Shown here: piece by piece, positions 42,299-53,312 of the stretch
Layout: each line of letters opens with the position of its first letter
How positions within the stretch are numbered: the first letter of the stretch is position 1
Assembly (NCBI GenBank): GCA_965204375.1
Contig: OZ241986.1
Span: 4,224,001-4,288,000 of the forward strand
DNA length: 64,000 bases
Direction of reading: 5' to 3'
From: Candidatus Latescibacterota bacterium
GTDB lineage: Bacteria; Latescibacterota; UBA2968
The notes under the pieces: generated by a model
The model's database searches: none
Told to the model about the DNA's origin: nothing
What the model saw: only the letters and a program-made list of their open reading frames with translations
Translations under genes and position numbers: made by a program

Positions 42299-43605
42299 TC
42301 GAAATCATCAACTACACCCGCGATGAGACCCCCCAAAAACTCGACGCCATACTCTCGCGTACCCCTGACTTCTCCGCCGAACAGGAAGCCACCGTGCGGA
42401 AAATCGTTAGCACCGTAAGAAAACAGGGAGACCGCGCCCTCCTCGCGTACACCAAAAAATACGACGGCATCGACATGAAAGCCGCTGACATGCGCGTGCC
42501 CGAAACCGAAATCAAAACCGCATATCGCAACGCCGACCCCAAATTCATCGACATCATAGACGCAGCCGCCACCAACATCCGCAAATTTCACGAAACCCAG
42601 CGACAAACATCCTATTTCATCGAAGACGGCGACGGCGTCATCCTCGGCAAACGCATCTTACCCATCGAACGCGTTGCCCTGCTCATCCCCGGCGCAAGTG
42701 CCCCCTTATTCTCCACCCTGCTCATGGCCGCCATCCCCGCGCAAATCGCAGGCGTCCCGCACCTCTGCATCGCCACGCCCCCGCAGCCAAACGGCGCCAT
42801 ACACCCCGCCGTCCTCGCCACAGCCCATCACCTGAGGATACGCGAAATCTACAAAGTCTTCGGCGCACAAGCCATCGCCGCACTCGCCTACGGCACCGAA
42901 ACCATACCCCGCATTGACAAACTCGTCGGACCCGGCAACCCTTATGTACAAATCGCAAAAAAACTCGTCTTCGGAACCGTTGACATCGACATGATCGCCG
43001 GACCCAGCGAAATCGTCGTCCTCGCCGACCGCACCGCAAACGCCAAACACATCGCCGCCGACCTCCTCTCACAGGCCGAACACGGCAGCGGATATGAAGC
43101 CGCGGTCTGCATCACGCCCTCTGCCGACCTCGCAACGCAAATCGCCGACGAAATCGCCCATCAAGCCGCCGACCTGACGCACCGCGAAGCCATACAAAAA
43201 GCACTCGACCGCTTTGGCGCAATCGTCGTCGTGCGCGACCTCGCCGAAGGCATTGACCTCGCCAATCGCATCGCACCCGAACACCTCGAACTCATCGTCG
43301 CCGACCCCTGGGCACACTTGCAAACCGTTCGCCATGCCGGCGCTGTATTCCTCGGCGCGGCATCATCCGAACCCGTGGGCGACTACTATGCGGGCACCAA
43401 CCACATCCTGCCCACGGCCGGTGCCGCCCGATTCGCGTCATCCGTTGGCGTTGACACCTTCACCAAAAGCATCAGCGTCTTACAATACACCGACCAGCGC
43501 CTGCAAAAAACCGCGGGCCACATCATCAGCATGGCCGAAACCGAGGGCCTCGACGCCCATGCGAATGCCATAAGGATCAGGATGAAAGGCAAAACCTCTG
43601 TCTGA
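42295..43605 (+). CDS. hisD: Histidinol dehydrogenase
   Basis: GAQAIAALAYGTE, GPGN.YV..AK, IDMIAGPSE, DLLSQAEH, APEHLEL, GDY.AG.NH.LPT. Confidence 0.98.
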   Translation: MIEIINYTRDETPQKLDAILSRTPDFSAEQEATVRKIVSTVRKQGDRALLAYTKKYDGIDMKAADMRVPETEIKTAYRNADPKFIDIIDAAATNIRKFHETQRQTSYFIEDGDGVILGKRILPIERVALLIPGASAPLFSTLLMAAIPAQIAGVPHLCIATPPQPNGAIHPAVLATAHHLRIREIYKVFGAQAIAALAYGTETIPRIDKLVGPGNPYVQIAKKLVFGTVDIDMIAGPSEIVVLADRTANAKHIAADLLSQAEHGSGYEAAVCITPSADLATQIADEIAHQAADLTHREAIQKALDRFGAIVVVRDLAEGIDLANRIAPEHLELIVADPWAHLQTVRHAGAVFLGAASSEPVGDYYAGTNHILPTAGAARFASSVGVDTFTKSISVLQYTDQRLQKTAGHIISMAETEGLDAHANAIRIRMKGKTSV

Positions 43606-44035
43606 AGCGGTGTAAAACTGGTCGTTTTCCAGACCAGTTCATCAGGATTCGCAGGATTATAGGATGAACAGGATGAAAAACTGTCTGAATCAGGATTCGC
43701 AGGATTATAGGATGAACAGGATGAAAAACTGTCTGAATCAGGATTCGCAGGATTATAGGATGAACAGGATAAAGGCAAAGGCAAAACCTCTGGATCGCGG
43801 CTCAAAAACATACCGCGATGACGAGCAACAACGACAAGCAAAGGCAAAACCTCTGGATCGCGGCTCAAAAACATACCGCGATGACGAGCAACAACGACAA
43901 GCAAAGGCAAAACTTCTGGATCGCGGCTCAAAAACATACCGCGATGACGAGCAACAACGACAAGCAAAGGCAAAACCTCTGGATCGCGGCTCAAAAACAT
44001 ACCGCGATGACGGGCGAGGCATGCCTCGCCCCTAC
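43602..44035. repeat. Composite array: nested hairpin, 48-bp CAGGAT tandem (x3), 63-bp CGTC-REP tandem (about x4), GTAG REP
   Basis: Periods read directly (43681 to 43729; 43841 to 43904). Confidence 0.92.
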
Positions 44036-44106
44036 GGTTGTTCACACTTCACAGCCCCTCTTTTTCATCTGCGTTCATCTGCGTCATCTGCGGATCACAC
44101 TTCACA

Positions 44107-45177
44107 ATGACCTACCTCCAAAACATAAAACCCGAAGTCCGCGCCCTGCACGGATACCATCTCACCGCCTACGATTGTCCCATCAAGCTCAATCAAAACG
44201 AAAGCCCGTTTGACGTACCCGACAGCTTGAAAGACGACATCTTGCGCGCTGTCCGCAACAAATCCTGGTCGCGCTATCCCGAACCCATGCAAATGGACCT
44301 CGTCGAAGCACTCGCCGACCACGCAGGCGTCCAACCCGGTGGACTCATCGTCTGCAACGGATCGAACACCCTCGTACAACTCGTCCTCGGCGTCGTATCT
44401 GCCCCCGGTGTCCAGGTCGCCATCCCCTCGCCCTCATTCTCACTCTACGGCCTCTACACCGACATATTCAGCGGACGCGTCCTCGACATTCCCCTCACAC
44501 AGGATTATTGTTTTGACATCCCAAAATTATGCGATGCTGCAAGGGCGCAAAACGTGCGCCTCATCATCCTCTGCTCCCCCAACAACCCCACGGGATGCGC
44601 CATCTCAAACACAGACCTCGACAAACTCCTATCCAGCACCAGCGCCCTCGTCATGGTCGATGAAGCCTACGGCGAATTCTACAACCAGACCGCCATCGAC
44701 CTCTTGCCCAAACACCCCAACCTCATCGTACTCAAAACCCTCTCCAAAGCATTTGGCGCCGCGGGCATCCGCATTGGATATCTCATCGCCCATCCCGACT
44801 TGCGAGACGAAATCATCAAAGGCAAAATCCCCTTTGACATCAACATTTTCTCGCACACAGCAGCCATGGCCATCCTCAACCACAAAGACCTCATACAAAA
44901 ACGCATCGCATTCATCTGCTCAGAACGCGAGCGCGTCTTCCAGGCCCTCGCCCAAATAGAAGGCGTCACACCCTATCCATCACACGCCAACCTCATCCTC
45001 TTTGAAGTCGCCGATCCAGACTGCGTCTTCACCGGACTAATCGAACAAGGCGTACTCATCCGCAACGTCACATCCTATCCCATGCTCGACAGGGCGCTGC
45101 GCGTATCCATCGGCACCGAACGAGAAAATGACCGTTTTTTGGAGGCACTTGAAAAAACACTGTCTGAAGCGGTGTAA
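44107..45177 (+). CDS. hisC: Histidinol-phosphate aminotransferase
   Basis: KLNQNESP, NGS, CSPNNPTG, DEAYGEF, KTLSKAFG.AG.RIGY. Confidence 0.96.
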   Translation: MTYLQNIKPEVRALHGYHLTAYDCPIKLNQNESPFDVPDSLKDDILRAVRNKSWSRYPEPMQMDLVEALADHAGVQPGGLIVCNGSNTLVQLVLGVVSAPGVQVAIPSPSFSLYGLYTDIFSGRVLDIPLTQDYCFDIPKLCDAARAQNVRLIILCSPNNPTGCAISNTDLDKLLSSTSALVMVDEAYGEFYNQTAIDLLPKHPNLIVLKTLSKAFGAAGIRIGYLIAHPDLRDEIIKGKIPFDINIFSHTAAMAILNHKDLIQKRIAFICSERERVFQALAQIEGVTPYPSHANLILFEVADPDCVFTGLIEQGVLIRNVTSYPMLDRALRVSIGTERENDRFLEALEKTLSEAV

Positions 45178-45361
45178 AACTGGTCGTTTTCCAGACCAGT
45201 TCATCAGGATTCTCAGGATTAAAGGATGAACAGGATTAAAGTCAAAAGCAAAAACTCTGGATTAAAGTCAAAAACAAAAACTCTGGATTAAAGTCAAAAA
45301 CAAAAACTCTGGATGAAAAACAAAGGCAAAACCTCGCCGCAATGACACGAAAGACAAACCC

Positions 45362-46774
45362 ATGCCAAAACCAACAGACATAAAAATCAAAACCGTCGCC
45401 ACCTACTTCCTCCCCGTACAAACGCGCATACCCTATCGCTTTGGCACCGAACAACTCGACAGCGTCACCTGCGTAAGAGTTCGCATCGACGTCGAAGACA
45501 GGCTGGGCAACACCGCTTCTGGCTGGGGAGAAACACCCTTGAGCGCGCCCTGGGCGTGGCCATCGCCGCACCTCACTTATGCCATCCGGGAAACCGCCAT
45601 GAAAAACTTCTGCCTCAAAATCGGACGCGCATGGGCAGACATCACCACCGCCGGTCACCCCATCGAAATCGGCCACGCATTCCAGGAAAACATCCTCCCC
45701 AACCTCCTCTCAGCCTTCAACATCGAACAACAAAACACCACGGGAGACATGCCCCGCCTATCCGCGCTCGTCTGTGCCTCGGCTTATGACCTCGCCCTGC
45801 ACGACGCCTACGGAGTACGCCACAACATCGACATCTACGACACGTACAACGCAGAATTCATGAACGCCGACCTCTCGCACTACCTCGACCCCGCCGACGA
45901 CATCGACGACAACTTCTCCGGTCGCTATCCCGAACACTACCTCATCCGCCCGCGACCAAACCGCCTGCCCGCATGGCACGCCGTAGGCGGCAACGACCTC
46001 CTCGACGACGCCGAACGCACAGGCGATGAACCCGACGACGGCTACCCCGTAGTCCTGCCCGATTGGATACAACGCGACGGCATCACCTGCCTCAAAATCA
46101 AACTCACCGGACAAGAACCCGGATGGGATTACGACCGCATCGTCCGCATCGGACAAATCGGCATCGAACACAACGCCATGTGGTTGTGTACAGACTTCAA
46201 CTGCACCGTCCAACAAGTCGATTACGTCAACGACATCCTGGACCGCCTCCTGACCGATCACCCGCGCATCTATCAAATGATCCTCTACGTCGAACAGCCC
46301 TTCGCTTATGAACTCTCTGAAAATCCCCTCCCTGTACACAGCATCTCCGCGCGCAAACCCCTCTTCATGGACGAAAGCGCGCACGACTGGCGCGTGATAT
46401 GCCTGGGGCGGCAACTCGGCTGGACCGGCGTCGCACTCAAAACCTGCAAAACCCAGACCGGCGCCCTGCTCTCCCTCTGCTGGGCACGCGCACACGGCAT
46501 GACACTCATGGTACAGGACCTCACAAATCCCATGCTCGCGCAAATCCCCCACGCCTTGCTCACCGCCCATGCTGGCACCGTCATGGGCTTTGAAACCAAC
46601 GCCATGCAATTTTACCCCGACGCCTCAATCCCCGAAGCCGCCGTACACCCCGGCGTCTATCGCCGGCAAAACGGCCACATCGACATCTCCACCGTCAAAG
46701 GTCCCGGCTTTGGATACAAACACCACCTGATTGACCGCACACTTCCGGAACCAGCCACTATCCACTGCCTTTAA
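45362..46774 (+). CDS. Enolase-superfamily (mandelate racemase/MLE-like) protein
   Basis: LKIKL, DFN, YVEQP, MDES, ALKTCK, GPGFG. Confidence 0.8.
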   Translation: MPKPTDIKIKTVATYFLPVQTRIPYRFGTEQLDSVTCVRVRIDVEDRLGNTASGWGETPLSAPWAWPSPHLTYAIRETAMKNFCLKIGRAWADITTAGHPIEIGHAFQENILPNLLSAFNIEQQNTTGDMPRLSALVCASAYDLALHDAYGVRHNIDIYDTYNAEFMNADLSHYLDPADDIDDNFSGRYPEHYLIRPRPNRLPAWHAVGGNDLLDDAERTGDEPDDGYPVVLPDWIQRDGITCLKIKLTGQEPGWDYDRIVRIGQIGIEHNAMWLCTDFNCTVQQVDYVNDILDRLLTDHPRIYQMILYVEQPFAYELSENPLPVHSISARKPLFMDESAHDWRVICLGRQLGWTGVALKTCKTQTGALLSLCWARAHGMTLMVQDLTNPMLAQIPHALLTAHAGTVMGFETNAMQFYPDASIPEAAVHPGVYRRQNGHIDISTVKGPGFGYKHHLIDRTLPEPATIHCL

Positions 46775-46831
46775 CCAGGACGGGCAGGTTTTAAACCTGC
46801 CCCTACAAACCATTAAAAAAAGGCACATTCC

Positions 46832-47422
46832 ATGTCTTCTCGCACCGCGCACATCCAGCGCAAAACCTCTGAAACCGACATAGACCTCACCCTCACCCTC
46901 ACGGGCACGGGAGAATCGCACATCGACACCGGCATCGGCTTCTTTGACCACATGCTCACAGCCCTTGCCCGCCACGGCTTATTCGACCTCACCGTCACCT
47001 GCAAAGGCGACCTCGAAGTCGATGCCCACCACACCGTCGAAGACATCGGTATCTGCCTCGGTCAAGCACTATCTAACGCACTGGGCGACAAAACCGGCGT
47101 CGCGCGATTCGGCTCTGCGTACGTCCCCATGGACGAAGCCCTTGCCCGCGCCGTAATCGATCTCTCCGGACGCGCGCACCTCATCTATAACGCCGCATTC
47201 GACGAAGAACGCATCGGCGCATTTCCCACAGCCCTCGGCCTCGAATTTTTCACCGCACTCGCGCACAACGGCCGCATGAACCTGCACATCGACCTCATTC
47301 GCGGCAGCAACGCGCACCACGGCATGGAAGCCATCTTCAAAGCCGTCGCCCGATCCCTGCGACAAGCCGTCACCCTCGACAATAGGATCAGCGGCATACC
47401 CTCGACCAAAGGAAGCCTGTGA
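46832..47422 (+). CDS. hisB: Imidazoleglycerol-phosphate dehydratase
   Basis: TGIGFFDHML, D.HHTVED, PMDEAL, N.HH..EA.FKA, PSTKG. Confidence 0.98.
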   Translation: MSSRTAHIQRKTSETDIDLTLTLTGTGESHIDTGIGFFDHMLTALARHGLFDLTVTCKGDLEVDAHHTVEDIGICLGQALSNALGDKTGVARFGSAYVPMDEALARAVIDLSGRAHLIYNAAFDEERIGAFPTALGLEFFTALAHNGRMNLHIDLIRGSNAHHGMEAIFKAVARSLRQAVTLDNRISGIPSTKGSL

Positions 47423-48018
47423 ACGCCAGTAAACCCGCAGCATTCATCGACCGCGACGGCACAATCAATATCGAGGTCCACGACCTCAACCGCGTCGAAC
47501 AACTCCAACTCATCCCGCGCGCCGGAGAAGCCATTGCACGCCTCAACCAGGCCGGTTATCCCGTCATCGTAATCACCAACCAATCCGCCATCGGACGCGG
47601 CCTGCTCACAGAAACCGGACTCAGTGCGATCCACCGCGAACTCAAACGCCAATTGTCCGCGTACAACGCATCCATCAATGCCATCTACCACTGCCCCCAT
47701 CACCCCGATGGGAGAGACAACTGCACCTGTCGCAAACCCGCGCCGGGCATGATCTTGCGCGCAGCCAGTGAACACAACATCGACCTCGCGGGTTCTATCA
47801 TGATAGGCGACAACGCAACCGACCTCGAAGCCGGATGGAATGCCGGGTGTCGCGCAGCCCTCGTGCGCACCGGCTCTGGTGAAAACGCCCTCACAAAAAT
47901 CGACCGACAAACGCGCGACCGCATAAGCTACATCGGCAACGACTTATTCGATGTCATAGAAGAACTCATAGACGCTAGTTGCAATGACCGACGACCTTTA
48001 CATTCCAACGCGAAATAG
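47419..48018 (+). CDS. HAD-IIIA phosphatase (GmhB / histidinol-phosphatase family)
   Basis: DRDGTIN, TNQS.I.RG, CPHHP..C.CRKP.PGM, IGD..D. Confidence 0.92.
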   Translation: MNASKPAAFIDRDGTINIEVHDLNRVEQLQLIPRAGEAIARLNQAGYPVIVITNQSAIGRGLLTETGLSAIHRELKRQLSAYNASINAIYHCPHHPDGRDNCTCRKPAPGMILRAASEHNIDLAGSIMIGDNATDLEAGWNAGCRAALVRTGSGENALTKIDRQTRDRISYIGNDLFDVIEELIDASCNDRRPLHSNAK

Positions 48019-48063
48019 GTAAATTGCATAAAAGAAAAAAATATCATAAAAGGAGAAAATATT

Positions 48064-48303
48064 ATGAGCGCGATTAAAGAATCTCTCTATCAAACAATAG
48101 ACCAATTAAATGAAGGGGAACTCCTTCAGGTGTTAGAGTTTGCCCATAAAATCAACAAAGCAAGCGAGATTTCTCAAATCAAAACATCATTGGCTAATGA
48201 TCCAGCTATAACAGTTCCTGCAGATAATAGTTTTAAAAAGGTTAAACCCGTGTGCGGTAAGGGCATCTCTGCTTCTGAACTTTTAGTGAGAGATCGTAAA
48301 TGA
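48064..48303 (+). CDS. Putative antitoxin
   Basis: 79 aa ending SELLVRDR, overlaps the start of the PIN gene. Confidence 0.7.
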   Translation: MSAIKESLYQTIDQLNEGELLQVLEFAHKINKASEISQIKTSLANDPAITVPADNSFKKVKPVCGKGISASELLVRDRK

Positions 48304-48794
48304 TTATTTATTATCTCGATGCCAGTGCCTGGGTAAAACGCTACTATCTTGAAACGGGTACGGTATGGATTCAGGATTTATTTTTTCAAAACCCACTCAT
48401 GGCCTGTGCAAGCTTGGGATTTATAGAAGTCACCGCTACTTTGGCGCGAAAAAGAAAAGCCGATGAAATTGATACAATTCAACATGATCAAAAACAGCGT
48501 GAATTAGAATCCGACTGGGAGAACTTCATACAAATACAATGCTCAGAGAAAGTAATCTCAAAAGCCATTGATCTGGCTAAAAGTTACGCCCTCCGTGGAG
48601 CTGATGCCATTCACTTAGCATCAGCTTTGCACTTATATGGGCTTTTTTCTTTTTCTGAACATCAACTCATTGTTGTAACTTCAGACATTGAACTAAAAGA
48701 AGCGGCCCAAGCAGCCGGTCTAAATGTCGTTGATCCAAATGACCATCAAGAATCAGAACAGACAAATACAAACGCTCAGCAAGGGCCATCATAG
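48300..48794 (+). CDS. vapC: PIN-domain (VapC) toxin
   Basis: YYLDASAWVKRY..E.G, E, LRGADAIHLASAL, TSD.EL..AA. Confidence 0.9.
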   Translation: MIIYYLDASAWVKRYYLETGTVWIQDLFFQNPLMACASLGFIEVTATLARKRKADEIDTIQHDQKQRELESDWENFIQIQCSEKVISKAIDLAKSYALRGADAIHLASALHLYGLFSFSEHQLIVVTSDIELKEAAQAAGLNVVDPNDHQESEQTNTNAQQGPS

Positions 48795-48809
48795 TTAAAA
48801 GAGAACACA

Positions 48810-50441
48810 ATGCGACCATTCGCTATTTGCATTTTCATTCTGTTGGTGGAACAGGCGTCTGCCGAGCCGAATGCCAATATCAATAAGCGCACCACGACGC
48901 ATTTTACCTCATTTAATCAATCCATCCTGCAACTCTACCTCGATGCAAAAGTCGAAACACCACCTGTTTTCAACAACGTTCAGAATCTGCCCAAACAGCA
49001 GGCTGGCAATACAATTCGACTTCAACTCTTTGTCCCTGAAGTTGCGGGCCAACCAACTCATGGTTACGAAATTGAACTGGCACTGCCCAACAAGATATTT
49101 TTTGATCATATCGGTAGTCTATCGGGCACAAATTGGACTGGTTCTTCCCTGTTTTCAGGAATAAGCACGCCTATCCTTTCCGCGCTGTTCATCCCCGCCT
49201 ATGTTGTGCCCGACAATGGTTATCTCGGTCAGGTTGACTTGCAAGTGACCAGATCTCTCGCATCGGGGTCTACCCTGATTGTCAAAACTGCTTCCATAGC
49301 CAGTCCCGGCACGCAACAGACCCCGTTGGACGTGTCCCAAGCGGTGATTTCCTTTACCAGCTTTCCCGGAGATTTCGATGAGGACTTTGATATTGACTTT
49401 GCCGATTTTCTACTCTTCATCGGTGTTTTTGGGCTAACGTCATTGGATGCTGGATATAATGCCCTTATGGACCTGGACAGCAGTGGTGTCATTAATTTTG
49501 CCGATTTTTTGGCCTTTGTCGAGATTTACAGTACAATATACTCACCGCCACCCGCGACAGACCGCGATGTGCTGGTAGCCCTATACAATGCGACCAATGG
49601 AGCCAATTGGATAAACAGGACAAATTGGCTGAGCGACAACGACCTTTCGACCTGGTATGGTGTCGAGGCTTCTAATGATCGGGTCACGTCCCTGGACCTC
49701 GAACAGAATAATCTGACGGGTATGATTCCCGCGGCATTGGGAGAATTGTCCGACCTTAATACCCTGAAGCTGGCCTGGAATCAGTTGCGTGGGAGTGCGC
49801 CATCCGAATTGGGCAACCTGTCCACCCTGAGGCACCTGACCCTTTCTTACAATCAGTTGACCGGGTCTATTCCGCCCGAACTGGGCAAATTGTCTAACCT
49901 CACACTCCTCCATTTTTCCGACAATAAGTTGAGTGGGCCTATCCCGCCTGAATTGGGCAACCTGTCCAATCTCAACTACCTGTATCTTCAGATGAACCAT
50001 ACGTTAAGTGGGCCTATCCCGCCTGAATTGGGCAACCTATCCAACCTTGAAGTCCTGTTTCTTTCCGAAAGTCAGTTAAGTGAACCTATCCCACCTGAAT
50101 TGGGCAATTTGGTCAACCTGAGACGCCTGTGGATTGGTGGCAATAAGTTAAGTGGTCCTATTCCATCCGAATTGGGCAATTTGGTCAACCTGAGACGCCT
50201 GAATCTCGGTACGAATCAATTGAGTGGGCGTGTCCCATCCGTATTGGGCAATCTGATCAACTTGACGGAACTGTATCTCAACACGAATCAATTTAGTGGG
50301 CCTCTTCCCCAAAGCCTGACAGCACTTAAGAATCTGGACTCCTTTTTATTTCACGACACAGAGCTATGTGCGCCGCTCGATCCTGCGTTTCAGACATGGC
50401 TCCAGGGCATTAGCAGACGGTCCGGCAACAACTGTCAGTAG
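48810..50441 (+). CDS. Exported protein with EF-hand/dockerin-like pair and plant-type 24-aa LRRs
   Basis: GDFDEDFDIDFADF / DLDSSGVINFADF; DRDVLVALYNATNG..W cap; LSGPIPPELGNLSNL repeats. Confidence 0.88.
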   Translation: MRPFAICIFILLVEQASAEPNANINKRTTTHFTSFNQSILQLYLDAKVETPPVFNNVQNLPKQQAGNTIRLQLFVPEVAGQPTHGYEIELALPNKIFFDHIGSLSGTNWTGSSLFSGISTPILSALFIPAYVVPDNGYLGQVDLQVTRSLASGSTLIVKTASIASPGTQQTPLDVSQAVISFTSFPGDFDEDFDIDFADFLLFIGVFGLTSLDAGYNALMDLDSSGVINFADFLAFVEIYSTIYSPPPATDRDVLVALYNATNGANWINRTNWLSDNDLSTWYGVEASNDRVTSLDLEQNNLTGMIPAALGELSDLNTLKLAWNQLRGSAPSELGNLSTLRHLTLSYNQLTGSIPPELGKLSNLTLLHFSDNKLSGPIPPELGNLSNLNYLYLQMNHTLSGPIPPELGNLSNLEVLFLSESQLSEPIPPELGNLVNLRRLWIGGNKLSGPIPSELGNLVNLRRLNLGTNQLSGRVPSVLGNLINLTELYLNTNQFSGPLPQSLTALKNLDSFLFHDTELCAPLDPAFQTWLQGISRRSGNNCQ

Positions 50442-50475
50442 AGAGACCCAGCTATAGCTCAAGCGATTTCTAAAA

Positions 50476-51576
50476 ATGAACATCTTACACACCTTATACG
50501 ACGACATCGACAACCCCTGGTGTGGTGGGGGTGGTGCCCTGCGCACATGGGAAATAGCCCGTCGTCTATCGCACAAACACGAGATCACCATCCTGACAGG
50601 CGCGTATCCCAACGCCCTCAGAGAAGAAATTAGAGACGGCGTACACATCCGCCGCGTGGGATCAGACCGCTCGTACCTCCTGAGCCGAATGAGCTTTGCC
50701 CACTATGCCTCCCGCGAAATCACCCGCGCAAACACCGACCTGTGGGTGCATCAATTCTCGGCCTTTGCCCCCCTCTTCGTCTCCGCAAAAAAAAGGCGCG
50801 ACAGCCTCCTCGAATTTTCCCATTTCATGGGCGACCACGCCATCGCGAAATATCCCCTGCTCGGCCACATAGCCCGCAAAGTCGAACAGCGCGCCCTGCG
50901 CCTTCATCCCCACATCCAAACCGTCTCGCCCACAGTCACGCGCCAGCTTGAAAAACGCGCACCCCACGCACAATTTTACCTCGTCTATAACGGCATCGAT
51001 CAAATCTGTTTTGAAGCACCCTGGGCAGAACAGGACTACATCCTCTATTTTGGGCGCATGGACATCCACAACAAAGGCATCGACATCCTCCTATCCGCCT
51101 TTGCCCAACTCAACGCACCCGACATCCGCCTCATCCTCTCGGGGCGAGGAACCCCGCAAAGCAAGCGCGAAATACGATCCATCGCCAATCATCTCAACAT
51201 CGCAAACCGCGTCGAATTTACCGGCGCCGTCACACCCGAACAAAAAAACATCCTCATGGGCCATGCCCTCTTTGTCTGTACCCCCTCGCGCTACGAAGGC
51301 TGGGGCATTGTCGCCATTGAAGCCGCAGCCGTAGCCAAAGCCGTCATAGGCACCGACATTCCCGGATTGGCAGATGCCATCCGCGCCGATGAAACCGGCC
51401 TCCTCGTCCCATCGGAAAATCCCGGCGCACTCGCCAGCGCCATGAAACGCCTGCTCGGCGACGCCCTCCTGCGCAAACGCCTGGGAACAGCAGGGAGAAA
51501 ATGGGCCGCCCATTTCACATGGGACCGAACAGCGCAAGCGCAGGAAGAGGTGTATCTGAAAGTTGCCAATGACTAA
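50476..51576 (+). CDS. Glycosyltransferase family 4
   Basis: GGG, YNGID, GR....KG.D.LL, PSRYEGWGIVAIEAAA. Confidence 0.93.
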   Translation: MNILHTLYDDIDNPWCGGGGALRTWEIARRLSHKHEITILTGAYPNALREEIRDGVHIRRVGSDRSYLLSRMSFAHYASREITRANTDLWVHQFSAFAPLFVSAKKRRDSLLEFSHFMGDHAIAKYPLLGHIARKVEQRALRLHPHIQTVSPTVTRQLEKRAPHAQFYLVYNGIDQICFEAPWAEQDYILYFGRMDIHNKGIDILLSAFAQLNAPDIRLILSGRGTPQSKREIRSIANHLNIANRVEFTGAVTPEQKNILMGHALFVCTPSRYEGWGIVAIEAAAVAKAVIGTDIPGLADAIRADETGLLVPSENPGALASAMKRLLGDALLRKRLGTAGRKWAAHFTWDRTAQAQEEVYLKVAND

Positions 51577-53089
51577 ACGAACCACAACCCACCTCTTCAT
51601 CTTTCTCCTCTGTATCTACGCACTCACAGCGGGCGGACACTACGGAGGCGATGGATTTTGGCATTACCTCACCGCGCAAAGCCTGGTACGAGATGGCGAC
51701 CTCGTCATCTCCGATGAAAGCTTCACCCTGCCCGAAATGCAAAAACACCTCGATGCGGTCACATCGTCTGGACACCAGTACTCCAAATACGGACCCGGCA
51801 TGCCCCTCGCAGAAATACCCTTCTACGCCATTGGCCTCCTGCTCACCGGCATCTTCTCCAATATCCCCGCCGACTATCTCACCATGTTCACCACATCAAT
51901 GACCAATGTGGTCATATCCGCCCTGTGGGTCCTCTTCTTCTTCCTGACACTTCAATCATTCAATTACCCACCATCCACCGTAAAATGGCTCACAGGCGCT
52001 TTTGCACTGGGCACCATGGTCTTTCCCTACTCGGGATACGGCTTTCCAGAACCCCTCGTCGGACTCGGCTTGCTCATCGCAACACACAGCCTCATCAAAC
52101 ACCACCCCTCACCCATCCTTGCGGGAATTGGCTTTGCCATCGCCATCCTCACCAAATTCTACACCCTCGTCCTCCTGCCAATCCCCCTGCTCTACCTGCG
52201 CCGCACCCAACACACCCCATCGCGCATCGCCGTCTTCTTATCGCCCATTATCGCAGCCTGTCTCATAATCGCCTATCACAACCACCTGCGTTATGGCAAC
52301 GTCTTACTCACCGGATACCACCTCGACATCCTCGCCCAAAAAGGCGGCTATCTCGCCTTTATACCCGCGCAGATCTTCACCGCCTTTTACGGCCTGCTCT
52401 TCAGCACCGGACGCGGCCTCATCTTCTTTTTTCCTCTGATATGCCTCCTCCCCATTGCCTATCACAAATTCCGATCATCGCACCCAGACGAAGCGCGCCT
52501 TTTTCTCGGCTTCATCCTGATGCTATTTGTCCTTCTCTTACCCATGATCGACTGGCACGCCGGATCCTCGTGGGGACCGCGTTATTTGCTCCCCATCCTC
52601 CCCTTTTGTATTTTTCCACTCGGCGTCCTCGCCGATATCAAGTGGACGCGCCGCCTTACCGTCCTCGGCTTCTTCGTACAACTCCCCGCCGTGCTGATGA
52701 ACCCCTATCTCTTTACGCACCTTGTACAGGACAAAAAAATAGGCGCGACAATCTTCGCGCCTCATCAAATGGGTGACCTCCTCTTCTCACCCAATCTATC
52801 CCCAATCCTCGGCGGCTACTACCAGCTCACCTCGGCAATCTGCCGCCTCACAACCGGGCAATCGCTCAACTACACCATCTCCTCTGGCACAGAACGCTTC
52901 GTCTCCGCATCTCTCAAAAACTACGACCTCATCGACATGTGGTGGGTCAATGTCCTGCGCACAAACATCCTCAGCCCAACCGTGACGCTCGCACTCATCC
53001 TCGTCGTCATCTGCCTCATACTCATCGCCATCTACGCTGCGCGCATCTGGATCGCGGATGAAACGTCAGAATCAGGATTTGCAGGATGA
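51569..53089 (+). CDS. GT-C-fold membrane glycosyltransferase-like protein
   Basis: DG..HY, YSKYG.G, GLLFS.GRGL.FF.P, WGPRYLLP; ATG overlaps the upstream gene end. Confidence 0.7.
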   Translation: MTKRTTTHLFIFLLCIYALTAGGHYGGDGFWHYLTAQSLVRDGDLVISDESFTLPEMQKHLDAVTSSGHQYSKYGPGMPLAEIPFYAIGLLLTGIFSNIPADYLTMFTTSMTNVVISALWVLFFFLTLQSFNYPPSTVKWLTGAFALGTMVFPYSGYGFPEPLVGLGLLIATHSLIKHHPSPILAGIGFAIAILTKFYTLVLLPIPLLYLRRTQHTPSRIAVFLSPIIAACLIIAYHNHLRYGNVLLTGYHLDILAQKGGYLAFIPAQIFTAFYGLLFSTGRGLIFFFPLICLLPIAYHKFRSSHPDEARLFLGFILMLFVLLLPMIDWHAGSSWGPRYLLPILPFCIFPLGVLADIKWTRRLTVLGFFVQLPAVLMNPYLFTHLVQDKKIGATIFAPHQMGDLLFSPNLSPILGGYYQLTSAICRLTTGQSLNYTISSGTERFVSASLKNYDLIDMWWVNVLRTNILSPTVTLALILVVICLILIAIYAARIWIADETSESGFAG

Positions 53090-53190
53090 AAGGATGGACA
53101 GGATAACATCAAAATCAAAGGCAAAAGCAAAACCACTGGGTCGCGGCTTACATCCTGCCGCGATGACGGCACAATTATATTGTACGGCAC

Positions 53191-53310
53191 TTGACGCAGC
53201 GACTGATTTACTATATAGATACAATCAATTGGAATCGGCGCGGTGGCGACAAAGTTACCGCGCCAGATACCGCACAATATCGGGCTAACCCCAAAACGAA
53301 GGAGGTGCGA
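53191..53310 (+). promoter_or_regulatory. Putative promoter and 5' leader hairpin of the ATPase-HNH pair
   Basis: TTGACG...TATAGAT; GGCGCGGTGGC/GTTACCGCGCC stem; AAGGAGG SD. Confidence 0.45.
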
Positions 53311-53312
53311 TC

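Noticed and set aside
43778-44011. Regular 63-bp array with palindromic core resembling CRISPR
   Set aside because: Inter-repeat sequences are identical, the unit is the dispersed CGTC REP, and no cas genes are nearby
43664-44213. Repeat-peptide ORFs between hisD and hisC
   Set aside because: Open frames follow from repeat periods divisible by 3; no coding evidence
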